From assembly GCA_037379345.1 (NCBI GenBank), contig CM074519.1:34994103-35058102 (forward strand): 64,000 nucleotides of DNA, written 5' to 3'. Made by a program: the position numbers and the translations under genes. A model generated the notes under the pieces. The model made no database searches, was not told where the DNA came from, and was given only the letters and a program-made list of their open reading frames with translations. Below, one piece after another: positions 1-12,706 of the stretch (positions are counted from its first letter, which is position 1; each line of letters opens with the position of its first letter). This stretch comes from Perna viridis. Its lineage: Eukaryota.

Positions 1-583
1 TTACAAGAGAGAAATTCCAGCCATATACCAAAATTTTATTTGTCGTTGCTGTGTGCTTTTATGACGAAGTTTTATTAGATAGACGGAAATTTCATCAATA
101 AAACTATTGTTATCTTCAGAAATATCTTCTGGATGAAATTGAATGTTGAACTTTTTTTTGCAAAATATCGACCAAAACAATATGAATCATCAAAAACGAT
201 TGACAATTCAAATTGATTAACATAAACAATGGAATAAAATACAATTACATAAACGTATACAAAACTGAATATAAGGAAAATAAGACAGCAGCGTGGTTTC
301 CGTCCGTTTTCTATTTGAAGAAAAAGTTGTAAACTTTGTCCGTTTAAACTTGGACTTGAAACATGGAATGTATTTTCAACAGAAAATGTCGATAGAAATA
401 TATATGTACGCTTAATTGTTTAAGCAGACCTTTAACATTACGCTTTGATACAGACGTAACATGTTGCTGAACTTATTTGACAAAACTTATTTGGAAGTTT
501 ACAAAACACAGTACATTTAGGTTATCTTGACTGATTTTATCTGAACCAAATGTATACTATATTTTATGGGTTTTTTATTGTAG

Positions 584-795
584 ATGCAGTGGCACCATCT
601 TCTGAATGTAATATAGATAAAGATTGCCCACTGTGTCCTTTCCCACTTGAGCCACCACACTGTCATAGTGACGGACACTGCTATTGCGGTACACCTACAG
701 AATGTTATGGACAAAATGATGTTACATCGTGTGGACATGATTGCTCGTGCGAGCAGGAACACGGTGATCACTTCCACTGCATTTGTCGCGAATAA
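584..795 (+). CDS. Last coding exon of a small Cys/His-rich, probably secreted peptide (Cvsi-like, MEROPS I84-like); signal-peptide exon not found, probably upstream of the window
   Basis: A polypyrimidine/TAG acceptor at 581-583 opens a phase-1 exon reading AVAPSSECNIDKDCPLCPFPLEPPHCHSDGHCYCGTPTECYGQNDVTSCGHDCSCEQEHGDHFHCICRE*. It has 12 Cys, and the C-x5-C...HC-x2-DG-x-C-x-C pattern resembles bivalve Cvsi inhibitors. The family call is inference. Confidence 0.7.
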
Positions 796-830
796 GGTAT
801 TTATTTATCACTGTACATTTAAAACTAATG

Positions 831-1033
831 CACCCTAACGGTACACCTGGTACATGCTCCCACTTTTAAGTGAAGTCCGAGTTGCTCATTTACATTGTGT
901 TACTTGTATGTATTATTTTGGTTATTTTATTTTTTTTTTTGTTGTGTTTATCTGTTTTCCGTGTCTGTTATTTGTCCCTGAATAACATTCTTTTGATTCC
1001 CGCTAGAATCTTGGATCCCTTGATTACTCTTTT
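831..1033 (+). mobile_element. Dispersed ~180-230 bp repeat (3' tail of a Penelope-like element, or SINE-like), copy 1
   Basis: Shares CATGCTCCCA...CCGAGTTGCTCATTT...TTTGTCCCTG...CCCTTGATTACTCT with the copies at 13501, 15905, 20706, 40299 and 54591. Confidence 0.85.
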
Positions 1034-1177
1034 GCATACTTTCGGGTCTCATTTTTTATAATTCTAACACTTTACTCTGTCTATTCTGAATAAACATATC
1101 CACAAATGATATGCCTATTGAATCAACTTTTATAGTTTCAGATTTTTTATTTTGTGTATGTTTGTTTTTGTTTTTAG

Positions 1178-1425
1178 GTTTTGCACCAGTAGATGCATAT
1201 TTCAGTACCCAATAATCAAAGATTCAATTAAATTAGCTAATGGATACGTAATGGTTATGTAAAATTGGCTGAAGGAGAACTTGATTTACATTGTCTTCTG
1301 CTTGTTATTTTTATTTTTATTTTTTTTTTGTATTATGATATTGCATTATATGACTGTGGAACTAAAACTTTTGTTTATTTCATTTTTATTGTTATTTATA
1401 ATAATAAAATATGTCAAAATGTTTA
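1178..1425 (+). other. Putative non-coding 3' UTR exon of the Cys-rich peptide gene
   Basis: Donor AAG|GTATTT at 796/797, one base after the TAA. T-rich acceptor TTTTTAG ends at 1177. AATAAA at 1403-1408. Confidence 0.5.
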
Positions 1426-1769
1426 TGAATAGTTCTAGATTAAACTTCTTTCTCTAATTCTGACGATTGATTATTTCAGAAAACGATTAAAGACATATAA
1501 GCGCAAGAAAGATCGATATTTCAACTTAGACCAAAAGTGGTTATTTGTAAAATTAACCGGGCATTTAGTATCTAAAAACAGATTGTTATTCGTCTTGATA
1601 TGAAAGTGATTATTTTATTCAATGTTTTTTTATTGTATATTGTATTTGTAGACTTTTTTCATATTATTATTATTTGTTCCTTTTTGCCTTTAAATACGCT
1701 TTAAAGACTTACACCTTTAATTGCATTCACTATGTCATAATAAATGTCAGTACTTGGATGTTAATTAAC

Positions 1770-2830
1770 ATGATGATGCTTAGAAAGAAGTAATCTGGTT
1801 GCCGACTGACAGAAATTGTTATCAACTATATATCTAAAAAGCTTATATCATTGACAAGACGTTTTGCTGGAGTTCCACAAGGGTCTGTGCTAGGTCCTCT
1901 ATTATTTATCCTTTACATAAAAAGATATATTTGAAAAGCTAATTTTATTTACAAGACTTTTGCAGATGATACATCATTTGCAGACCTGGAACCAATCTTG
2001 TATACATAAAATCTACTATAGATCACGACCTTGCTGAACTAGACCAGTAGTCTAAAAAACGGCTGATGACGACCACGATAAGATGGAAGTCTTAATGATT
2101 ATCTAATATCAGCTTTACTTTTAATAATCAAATGAATCTCATAGTTGATTCTCAAAAACAATTAGGTTTAACCCTAAGTCAAAATGGTGGGTTGAATACC
2201 CATATTGATAATATCACAAAGAGAGCTACGAAACATATTAATGTGATAGGGAAGCTTGAGTCATTTGTAGAAACACTCTAGAAAAAAATTATCTATTTTA
2301 TATATGGACAATCCTAAAATATGCATGTCAAGTATAAGACAATTGCATGGTTGTTTATTCGGATGAATTAGAAGCAGCTAGAATAGTAATCGGATTACCT
2401 ATTTTTACCAAGGTAGATCTAATCTAGCCCGAAACTGGGTTGAAAACATTAAAATCTCGACGAGAGAGAAAAATACTACCTATGGTGTATACACTGAACT
2501 ATCAAATCGCATCTACTTTCCTTTGTAATTTACTTCCTCAAACAATTCAAAGTACTACAAACTATCTAAACTATCCCATGCGAAAAGGTTCAGATATAAT
2601 ATTACCTTTCTGTAGATTTTCCATTACAGCTGATTCATTTTTCCTCTACGATAAGACACTAGGATAAACTAGATAAATCAACTAGAGATTTGGATCTGTT
2701 ATCGAAATTCAAAGGTGAACTAACACGTATAGTAAATTTTTATATCCCTCAACACTTTGCTTATGGTCAAAAACGACTTAATATTGTTATAACACAGATG
2801 AGAGGCGCGCATCGTTTCTTAATTTTTTTA
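1770..2830 (+). mobile_element. Degenerate CR1/L2-type non-LTR retrotransposon RT and 3' region
   Basis: GCTGGAGTTCCACAAGGGTCTGTGCTAGGTCCTCTATTATTT at ~1866 reads AGVPQGSVLGPLLF. An (R)LFADDTS-like motif follows at ~1955-1977. Many stops and frameshifts. Confidence 0.85.
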
Positions 2831-4170
2831 TTGACACGATGATTTATCTAACAAACAAAACGTGTTATTACTGAAGTCTGATTTTCAATTTATACAAAAA
2901 TTCAAAGAGATTCTTTCTTGTCTAAGTTTCTATTACTTCCGTTGAAAAGGCATTACCAACAACACCAACGTACACAAAGTCTCTTTTTGTTTATTTCCTA
3001 TATATTTTACCTTGTAAAAGAGTTTTCTCCTTTTTCTTTTTTTAATATTTCTTAATTATGCTTTTCGATTTTGTTTATTTCTATATGTATATGCTCATAT
3101 ACAAATACTGTGTTAAAAGACGTCATAAGAAAGATGTGCTTGTGTCTATTTCCTTTTGTAAGATAATCTAAAAATAAAATATGTCTTAACTTTGAAACAG
3201 AAAAAAATGAGATACTTCAAACATTGCCTTTGCTCTTATCATGGCGTTAGTCATTTATAGGTGAATAATTTGTACACTGAAACTCATGACAAATACGCTT
3301 CATTCAAATACCAAAATATGTACATGTAAACCAATGAAAAATTATATAGCTAGAGTATATATTTTCTGTTTATGAAGAAATAATCTCAATCACGTGATGC
3401 GCACTAAGTAACCTGCGATGTACATTATTTTCAAATGTGCGCCAAGGGATATCTCCTACAATAAAGCTTGTAACTTCTGAAATTATGAGTAATATGCCAG
3501 CTATCTAATTATACACTTTATATGATTTATGAGTTATGAAGACACCTTTCCTTTTAAGCCATTTATTATGATAAGCATGCAAGCAAACACGCACTTACAA
3601 GAACTAAACTTGTACATGTTCAGGGCTAAGCTAGTATTAAACAGCATTAGCAGAAAAGTTACTGACCTCTACAAATATCCGAATCCAGCAAACATGATTA
3701 ACAAGACAATCGCCAACCCTCTGCAAATTTTTCAATATGTGATACATTTCAATAAAAGGTTACTCATTTTTAGTTTATTTATTAAGTTGCTATATAGGTC
3801 TATATGATGAAATGTATGATACTCCATTCCAATCTCTCTGCTCTTGGGAGATAATCAGCATTAAACATCCAATAATATCTGTTGTATTTTAGTGTCAATT
3901 ACAGAGTTATTTTGACAAATTTTCTATACAATTTTTATCTCCTTATGACAAGAGTTATTTGAAAAGCCACATGTTAATTTCTGTGTACCATAACATTTTA
4001 AACAAAATATCAAAAACAAAAATACGTAGGCTTCCAACCATGAATCATATTTTGCATGATTCTTATCTGGAGTGCTACTTAAATACAAACAACAAAATAG
4101 AAAATGTTCCCACCTGATCAAAAATAAATATCAAGCATTTACGAAAAACGTTAGTACAAAATACAACAGA

Positions 4171-4284
4171 AAAAATCACATGAAGGGAAATAAAAATGTA
4201 TAAAAACTCACAACAACTCAATGCAGGAAAATAAAAATGTTTAAAAAAAATCACAACAATTCAATACAGGGAAATAAAAATTGT
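4171..4284. repeat. Short imperfect tandem repeat, about 3 copies of ~42 bp
   Basis: Repeated CACAACAA(C/T)TCAAT(G/A)CAGG(G/A)AAATAAAAATGT. Confidence 0.6.
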
Positions 4285-5403
4285 ACATATTAGTTTTAAT
4301 GTGTTAGTATCAAGACCTAATTTAAACTTGTAGTTCACTCATACGACTAAAGCCTAATTACCAAATAGCAATGAAGTAACCTACCCAAAATCAAATCAAT
4401 TCGATACACTGATTCGGTTGTTTTGAAATTGTTTAAACTGTTTGGATTAAACCTGAAAATACCCATGTCCATAGGATAATTTTATTTTTGTTGTTGTTGT
4501 TAATAATTCAAATCGTGAACTCGTTTCCAGGAAGCAAAATTTTATGAATGTTATGAATGTCATTTATAATTGAATGATGGGTAAAACCAGCTTTTATAGC
4601 ACAGTGTTACGGTTAATGATTTCCGGTATGTATTAATATAAATGGGCAGCATAAAATTGCTACCTGCCAAAATTAGTTAAATCAATAGTCATTTACAGTA
4701 CAGAAAATATAAACAATGAATAAGTGAAAATGAGAAGAATTAAATACAAAAAGAATTATGTAAATCAAAACCACGAGTTTCGAAAAATCTTGAACTTTGT
4801 GGGAGAGGTGTGTCAAGATTACGATAAAATATTAATAAACAATAAAAACTGCAGAAAATTAGAAAATCCATCATCTATAGTATGTTTGTTAGAAACAGAA
4901 TATTTTAAATAAGATATTGATATCAGAAATTAAACTTTTTAGGCTGCGTATGAGACATATTTTCTTATAACCTTGGTCCAAAATCTTGTCTCAAAGGTAA
5001 CAATGACGTCTTAGTAGTCGCTTCCAGTTCTCATATCTTAACACATACGTTAAAAACTACCATGATAATATGTTAATGTAATGGCTTGCGGAACAGTTAT
5101 TATCTTGCCTGTTGACCATTGAAAAATATGTGGTAAATGGAACTAAATATATCTTATAAAAATTGTAAATTCCAATAGCATCTTCTCTTCCAATATGTAT
5201 AATCAGATAAACAGGCTGGTTTTCTGATTTAAGGGGAAAGGTCGGGCTTTCGATGTAGGGTTTGTACCACTTTTCATAAACTGCTGTTATAAAAAACACA
5301 CAACAAATAATCAATTTAAAAAAAAAGATGTAATCTTGAATTGAAAAAAAAGATAATAAATGCCAAATGGCATCATAAAAATTTTCAGACATGTAAATCC
5401 CCC

Positions 5404-5448
5404 TTTTTATTTATTTTTTTTTTTTTATTTATTTATTTATTTATTTTT

Positions 5449-5484
<36 letters not shown>

Positions 5485-5502
5485 TAATATTATTATTTTT
5501 TT
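5404..5502. repeat. Poly-T/(TTTA)n low-complexity tract; a second poly-T lies at ~5914-5945
   Basis: Directly visible. Confidence 0.9.
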
Positions 5503-5912
5503 GGTCTTGTCCTGTTGTTTTCTTTGTTAGTATTTTAGAAAAATAATCAAACCGCTTTGACTATTTAAAACATTGTATATTTGTAAATCCCCTTTTTTGT
5601 TCCTTTTACTGACAAACTATTTTCATAGTAAGAGGAGATACCTTGTTTGTTTTTGTAGTCTTTCTAATGACAAATAATGCAATTTAATTTTCGGATGAAA
5701 GTATGTGTCGTGTCTCTCAGGAATACATATTCAGAAACTACCTTGTGACCTCCTTTTCGACATAAGATTCCATCGCAATGCTACATTTTTTTCTAAATAT
5801 GGTAAATTACTAATGTTTGTATCTACGAAGGGATTTTATGTTTCCATAATCCCTTAGTGGGAAAGCTTCGTTACCTGGCCGTAAGTTATCATCTTATTAA
5901 GTTTTTCGACAC

Positions 5913-5946
<34 letters not shown>

Positions 5947-6429
5947 TTTTGGCAACAAAATTGTTTGTGTTCTTGAACCCTATTTTTCCAACGCATTTTC
6001 GCTTTTTACCTTTTGACCTTAAATGCGCTCTTCCATGTAATCATCTGTTCGCGATTCTGTTTTCCGATTAGTCAAATATCGATAACTTAGTAGCGTTCGA
6101 AAAAACTACCAAAAATTGACATTTCTTGCCATGTGTTATTTCCTGAATGAAATGTAGAAAAAGGAAAAATTAAAATTAATTGCAATGGAAGGATTCCATT
6201 CACTCGCATTTCGCTAGTTTTATCTGAAGAGAGTTTACCTCCAAATCAAATCATTTTTGCAATAAGCTGAATTTAAACCACAAACTAATTTACTTCAAGT
6301 ATGTTATTTTTTTCCTATCTTTATACTCTAATAACCGGAAATTAATCTAATTTTAATAACAAGGAAGTACGAATAATTTAAGGTATAACCAAATACTTCA
6401 TCCTACAATGAGTCTTTGAAAAATTTGGT

Positions 6430-6474
6430 TCATTCAGATCTGTACCATCTTAATGTAAACAAAAGCTATTCAAG
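6430..6474 (+). other. Putative non-coding 5' exon of the TLR gene
   Basis: Strong donor AAG|GTAAGT at 6474/6475, pairing with the acceptor at 6784 four bases before the ATG. The start coordinate is approximate. Confidence 0.55.
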
Positions 6475-6788
6475 GTAAGTAGTATAAATTTATACTTATA
6501 ATCTGCTGGTATGATTTTGGGGTTCGATTATTAATTGGGTTGTATCATATAAGCGACATTTTATAATTTTTGTTTCGTTGTAAATTGTAATTGAAAATTT
6601 ATGGCAATTAAAAATTAAAATGCACATTGTGAACAAATGTCGAGGTAATGGAAATTTTGATAGAGGCACGTGGGGTCAAAACACAACATAGTAAATAAAC
6701 AGATGATATCATTTTCTTGTCTAGTTATAAACGTTTTCTTATTTTAAATGATTTCACAATCTTATATATTTCATATTTTAATAGGAGG

Positions 6789-8880
6789 ATGACTCGAATG
6801 CAACAGTTGCTGATTGATGTGTTGCTCTTTTATTGTGTATCTGTTCAATCTAAAACTGGATGTCCGTAACGATGTTCATGCAGCAAGGCGACAGCAACAG
6901 TGAAATGTGTAAACGCTAATATGACGTCAATACCTCCTCTTTCTGCGTACACAACGCTTCTGATTTTCCGTGGAAACAAACTAAAGAATGTAACCTCATA
7001 TACGTTCAAAAACATTGCCAACTTATCACTAGAAAGACTTTTTCTACCTAGAAATGACATTGATTCCATCAGCAAAGATGCATTTAGTGGCCTCAAACAT
7101 TTGCAGTTTTTGGATCTTAGTATAAATAAACATATTCCTATTGACGAATTAATACAAACTCTATCAAACATTCAATCAAATCTCACAGCTTTACGCCTGA
7201 ACTATCTTAATTGGAACGACAGTAGCATCAATTTGATTTATAAGGCTTTGTCAAGATTTCAAATCAAAACACTCTATATCAATCACAATCGATTTCTACT
7301 TTTGAATTTTGAATTCAACATTACCGCATCTTGAATTCTTGGATGTCAGCTTCGGTTCAATTAGAAGAATGATATCGTATCATATGTGGAATTTGAAAAG
7401 GCTTTTAATTAGGTATAACTTCGTCTCTCTAACAAGTTATTCGTTTGGCATTCCATCTGAATGTTATTTTCCAAACTTAGAATTTCTTCATTTTGACTCT
7501 AACGATATAACGTTTCTAGATTTCCGGTTTAAGTGCCTTGAGGAAGTCGAGACCTTAATGTTAGACCGAAACCCCATAGAGAAGATTCACAATGACAGTT
7601 TTGCCGACTTGTCTTCTCTTAAAATCTTGACACTAAGTAACCTAGGCAACCATGTCATGTTTATTGGAGCTCACGCGTTTAGAAGCAATTCTCTAGAAAC
7701 TTTAGTTATAAAGCACAACAAATTTACGTTCACTGACGATCCGCTATATTTCATTTTTGATAAAAATCTGATTTTTAAAAATGTGCCGAAACTGAAGAAA
7801 TTGGATATTGGTGGAAACTATTTCCAATTTATTATTCTGAGAAGTATGCTTCTGACACTATACAACCTAAGAGAACTCAGTATTGGATCTGCTTCGTTTG
7901 TCAACATGCCAAGTGATTTGTTTAATAAGTTACCGAATCTGTCAATTCTAGATTTATCCGAGAATAGGATTGTTGGTTGGGACGGTAAAAAGGTGTTTGG
8001 TAATATGTCAACTGCACTTAAGCGTTTGAATTTGAGTAGAAATTATATAACTGCAATTAATGAAACCCAGTTTCCTATTAAATTACGTGATGGTCTTCAA
8101 CAAATAGACTTGAGACATAATCCATTTTCATGTTCCTGTCGCAATTTCTGGTTCACAAAATGGATTGAAAGGAACGAATCACATTTCACTGCATTTCCAG
8201 TCGGATATTACTGTAAGGAGCCTTCTGATTGGGCAAACAGACATTTATCAAATTATAAGCCTACTGTTTCGGATTGTAATCCTAACAACAAACTGTTCTT
8301 GTACGTTGTGGCTTCCCTCAGTGTAATAGGAATTGCTTTTACTACAATTGCTAGTCTAGTTTATAAGACACGTTGGCACATTCGGTACTGGATATATCTG
8401 GTTCATTTCAAAAAGAAAGGGTATACAAGGATTATGGATGAAAGAGATGGTTATAAATATGCCGCTTTTGTGGTTTACTGTGACGGTGATAGAAGATGGG
8501 TTTATTCGAAACTTTCAGAAAATGTAGAAAAGGATCACGGAATTAAACCCTGTATTCATCATAGAGACTTTGAAGGAGGGTAGCGTATCGCTGACAATAT
8601 TGCTGAACATATGACAGATAGTAGAAAGGTTCTTATTGTAACTTCCCGACAAATGATAAAAAGTGAATGGTGTCTTTTTGAAACAAGAGTAGCACAAGAA
8701 AAGTTTCTGAACAAAGAGCAAGGCGCGTTGATTATTATTCTGTTAGATGATCTGCCAAAAAGTGAAATGCCGTCTGCTTTAAAGTTTCTCGTCAATACTA
8801 CTACATACATACAATGGCAAGAGCATGAAGAAAATAATGATGTATTTTGGTAGACTGTTGTGCAGTCGCTCAAACTTTGA
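6789..8880 (+). pseudogene. Toll-like receptor pseudogene, single-cysteine-cluster type (signal peptide, LRR-NT, LRRs, LRR-CT, TM, TIR), single coding exon
   Basis: ATG at 6789 follows a TAG acceptor at 6782-6784. LRR-NT reads CP*RCSC with TAA at 6867. Many LxxLxLxxN repeats, LRR-CT NPFSCSC...WF...C, TM LFLYVVASLSVIGIAFTTIASLVY, and TIR motifs YAAFVVY, CIHHRDFEGG and SEWCLFE. Lesions: TAA 6867, frameshift ~7302-7315, TAG 8581, TAG 8851. The probable native stop is TGA 8878-8880. Confidence 0.92.
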
Positions 8881-9879
8881 AAATGTCTAAACGATTTTAA
8901 GATAACCAAGAGAACATGGCATAGCTTTATAGAAACGTACAAGAACTGGCTTCAGAATTGTTATATTGTTGTGGTATATATATATATATATATACATGCC
9001 TAAAATAAGTCTACTTGAAACGCTGGGTTGACCACCAGGGAATAACAATTAAAGCCACAAATTCTTTATTTACAATATATAGTAGCAGCGTAACAAGCAT
9101 ATTAACCACATTTACATCAAAAACATATGTATTACTTAAGCATTAGTTTGACTTTTTGTTCGTTTGTTTGCCTTGGGGGGGTTATTGATCTTTTAGTTTT
9201 AGTTTTTCCAATTAAATACTTTTTAATTACTTTTTTGTACGTTTGTTATTGGTTTCAGAAAAGAGATTACAATTATTTCTTACCAGTGAAGACTCTAAAT
9301 ATCTAAACATCAAACTCATCAAAATGATTCAGTAATATTTCTCCCTGAATAGTACCTCAAAAACACTTTCTAGTGTTATATATCGTTACAAAAATCCACA
9401 CAAGTTTAAGAGCTAGGATGTTAATACCATCGTACCTAGAAACCACTGTTATAGTCCTGACTAGGTACAGGTATTTCTAATAGGAATGGTTGGTTAAGGT
9501 TGCAGACACTCACAAACCCAACAACATATTTTCCTCTAAATGTATACATTTTTAAAATCCTTACATCGCGGAGGTTCATGAATATGATAGATATTCTGTT
9601 GTATTTTGTCATAAAAATGTGTAGTTATAGTAAGATAATTAAAAAAATAGCGCGCAGAAGTCTTCCCTTTCATTACGGTTCATTATTTCTGATATATTTA
9701 AACACAAACGTGCAGCATAAAATTGCCACGGGTCAAAATATGTTAAGCCAGTAGTCAAAGCAGTAATGAATGTATGAACAAAATAAGGCTTGAACTTAGT
9801 GGGGATGACGCGCCAATTTATGGTCTAAATAAAAATATACAAGTAAACAATTCTAATAAAACTATCTATTAACTGTCAG

Positions 9880-10400
9880 GAACAGATTATTTCTCAATAT
9901 GATCTGGATATCGGAGATAAAACTTATTAGACAGCGTATGAGACGTATTTTTAAACCTTGTTCCGAAGACCTTTCTTCTGGATGGCGCTCTAATTAAGAA
10001 GTCAGAAAAGTTGCTGTTACCTCTGACATGCCTTAACAACTTAGCATTGTAATCACTATATACAGGGGAAGCTGGGTATTTACTGCACAAGAAAATGATT
10101 TGTAATTTTACATCAAAATCGTTTTATTTGTCATATATTTTTCTATTGAGAGGACTGCTGTAGTCAAATTCGAAATGAAGGTCGGTAATTGACGCGGAGG
10201 GAGCTTTGTCAGTAGTCTCTTCAATGACTAGTTCTGGTTAGTAAATAAGCGGAAGCCATTACCCAAATTCAGGATTGTTAATGGAGGGGACATCGACAAT
10301 ATATCAATATGTGAAATTAAAGGATGTATTTTCTTTAGCTTTCTTGTCTTTATTACGATTTCGATGAACGGAACTCCGAGTCAAATGAATAAAGAATCAG
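9880..10400 (-). mobile_element. Degenerate Penelope-like element RT fragment
   Basis: 10243-10320 is similar to 24755-24830. The minus strand of both resembles the PLE RT segment FNFT.R.YIDDV.SINNPEF..WLPLIY. Confidence 0.75.
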
Positions 10401-10783
10401 GTCGGTTGTGTCTATTTGAATGTCAATAAATTATTGAAAAAATTACCAGTACTGTCAAAGTAATAAGGTAATTTGACGATAAAGTGTTCATACACATTAC
10501 GGTCATTATTTTAGCGTGTATGTTGGAGTAACGGAGCTTTTTTTTCTTTTTTGACACACGAATTGACTTGGATAATTAATCAATTGAAAATTATTGGGGT
10601 TTTTTTTCAATCATCATGAACCCATTTAATTGTAAAGCAGAAACCCTTAAACCTCTGAAACGTTTAAAGATGACACAAATTTGTCGGCATTTTTCTAAAG
10701 CTCTATATAATGATGAACAATTTGAAAAACAATAATTAAAATTGTAAGAAATTCGTAAACAAACCAGAAATAACCAAGTTGAT

Positions 10784-11870
10784 TTAAAGGATGTGGTCCA
10801 CTTCATATAAAACTGTGATACAATGTTTAACATTATGTTTAATTAGTTAAATAATCGTTTAACAGAATTTTATATGAAACATTTTGTTTATCAAAAAGCC
10901 TTCAACTATAACTTTAAATATCTTTACAATTAAACATATATTTCAGGCAAATATTTCAAACATCAAATTTATCCCTTTTTCTCCCCTTTTCGAAACGGTA
11001 GGTATTAGTTACCCCATTTCAAACAGCAAACTACTTCTAATAGGAAGTAAAGTATTCACATTTTCATGACATCGGTTTAGCTACAAGTAACTTTGTTGCC
11101 AACCGAAAAATGAACAACGACAACGACGACAGCATCGCCTATTGCAACTTCTCAGCCAATCTCGTTTATTCCGAGCACTACCGGCGATGACCGAGGATGC
11201 ACCGATTGCAGCATCACAACATTGGTCTTCATATGAAAATTCCAGGTCGACTAAATGTTTCTACTTTGTTTATACACGGCATCACATAAATGCGATACTG
11301 TTAAAATTTGAATAAAAATATTTTCTACGACTTTATTGACACCTACCGTCGTTTAAATTTCTTAAATGACTTGCTCATTCGTTTAGCCAAACGGCTTCTC
11401 CCTAAACATTGAATCGTTAAATTCCGGTTAGATTTTAATTCTCGGTGCCAATATTTACATTGTAAAAAGTCGGCCATGTTTACACTGATCGGGTTGCTAG
11501 GAGATGTTGTTTACGTTTAAATGGTTTGTTCAAAAACCGAAGAACCCAGAATGCATTTCGGCGTTATTTCGGATATCTCGAATTTATTTTACGCGAACAA
11601 CGTACAATACCGAGAAGTTGTTCAAGCAGGCGATTGTCACCGGAGTTGGACGGGAACTCACGAACTTCGTTTGTAAACAAATCGTCCCGTAGAAACCAAC
11701 ATGGCGGATATTAGTATGGGATTTTCCCGTAAAGATTTGTTACGCTTCTACTACTATACAACCTATGATTTAATTTAAGCTAATAAGCGACTCGTTGGTA
11801 CTGCCACGTCATGCATATATGCGAACTATCTTCAGATTAAATAAAAGAGAGACAACTCTAGCGGTAAGTC
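10784..11870. mobile_element. Possible decayed DNA transposon (Kolobok-like TTAA|AGG end) carrying head-to-head ORF starts
   Basis: TTAA-AGG at 10784-10790. Divergent ATG starts at 11477 (-) and 11701 (+) both read MAD..., and each is followed by a GT donor (11346, 11864). The stretch is locally rich in CpG. No second terminus was identified. Confidence 0.35.
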
Positions 11871-12423
11871 CCGACGGTTTAAAAAGTAGAGAGTTTTTAT
11901 TTTTATTCCGTTTTGGTGGGGATAGTTATACAGTTTTTGGGTAACCTTGTAAAACAAATATTGCGATATGTGTGCATTTTAGTAAGTGACATTTTATTAT
12001 CAATATTACTTTTAGTTAAATAATACAGCTATCCTGTTGATTTGAGGTTTGAAGTAATTGAAATATAAACATTAACATATGTTACCTGGTATAAGTTTCA
12101 TTTCATAATATCAAAATACGAAAGTTAGACATCATAAGTCAAAGGGTTTATAAAGAGAGTTGCCTGATAGAACAAGGACCAAAAGCTGTTAGCAAATGTA
12201 TAAGTAAACATGGTAAGCGATTTAATAGCAGTATAAGTTGATAAAGTTTATGCAATAAACGACAGTAAATGATGCTGTCGTGGGAATTGGATCACCTAAA
12301 ATGCATTTCATTCATAACAATTTTCACCCACAAATGTAAGCAAAATGATTTGAGAACATTAATAAGTGTAAATAACGAGGGTAGTTCCTGTATACTACAT
12401 ATTGTGGCCACTAGTATACGAGA

Positions 12424-12455
12424 TATAAATTATTCTTCAAAACGGTAGTCAGTCA
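12424..12455 (+). promoter_or_regulatory. Putative TATA box and Initiator of the C-type lectin gene
   Basis: TATAAAT at 12424-12430, TCAGTC about 25 nt downstream, then donor GAG|GTAACT at 12540/12541. Confidence 0.45.
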
Positions 12456-12706
12456 GAAATCGTATGAATGAAGTCTCTCATTGCAAAAAAATACTAGCAC
12501 ACTGTACCTAAAAGAAAAAATACATATTTCGGTTATCGAGGTAACTTTCATAACACAAATAAACGTACAGCTTGTCATAGATTGTGTATGTAGGTTGAGT
12601 GTGAAAGATTTTATAAAATATTATTGTTACACTTGATCTTCGAGATCTAATTTCATACCAGGAAATACTGGTTGTACAGTACAAAACTATCATTGGTATT
12701 TTCCAG

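Noticed and set aside
8581-8583. Programmed stop-codon readthrough in the TLR TIR domain
   Set aside because: Two other nonsense codons and a frameshift in the same gene make simple pseudogenisation far more likely.
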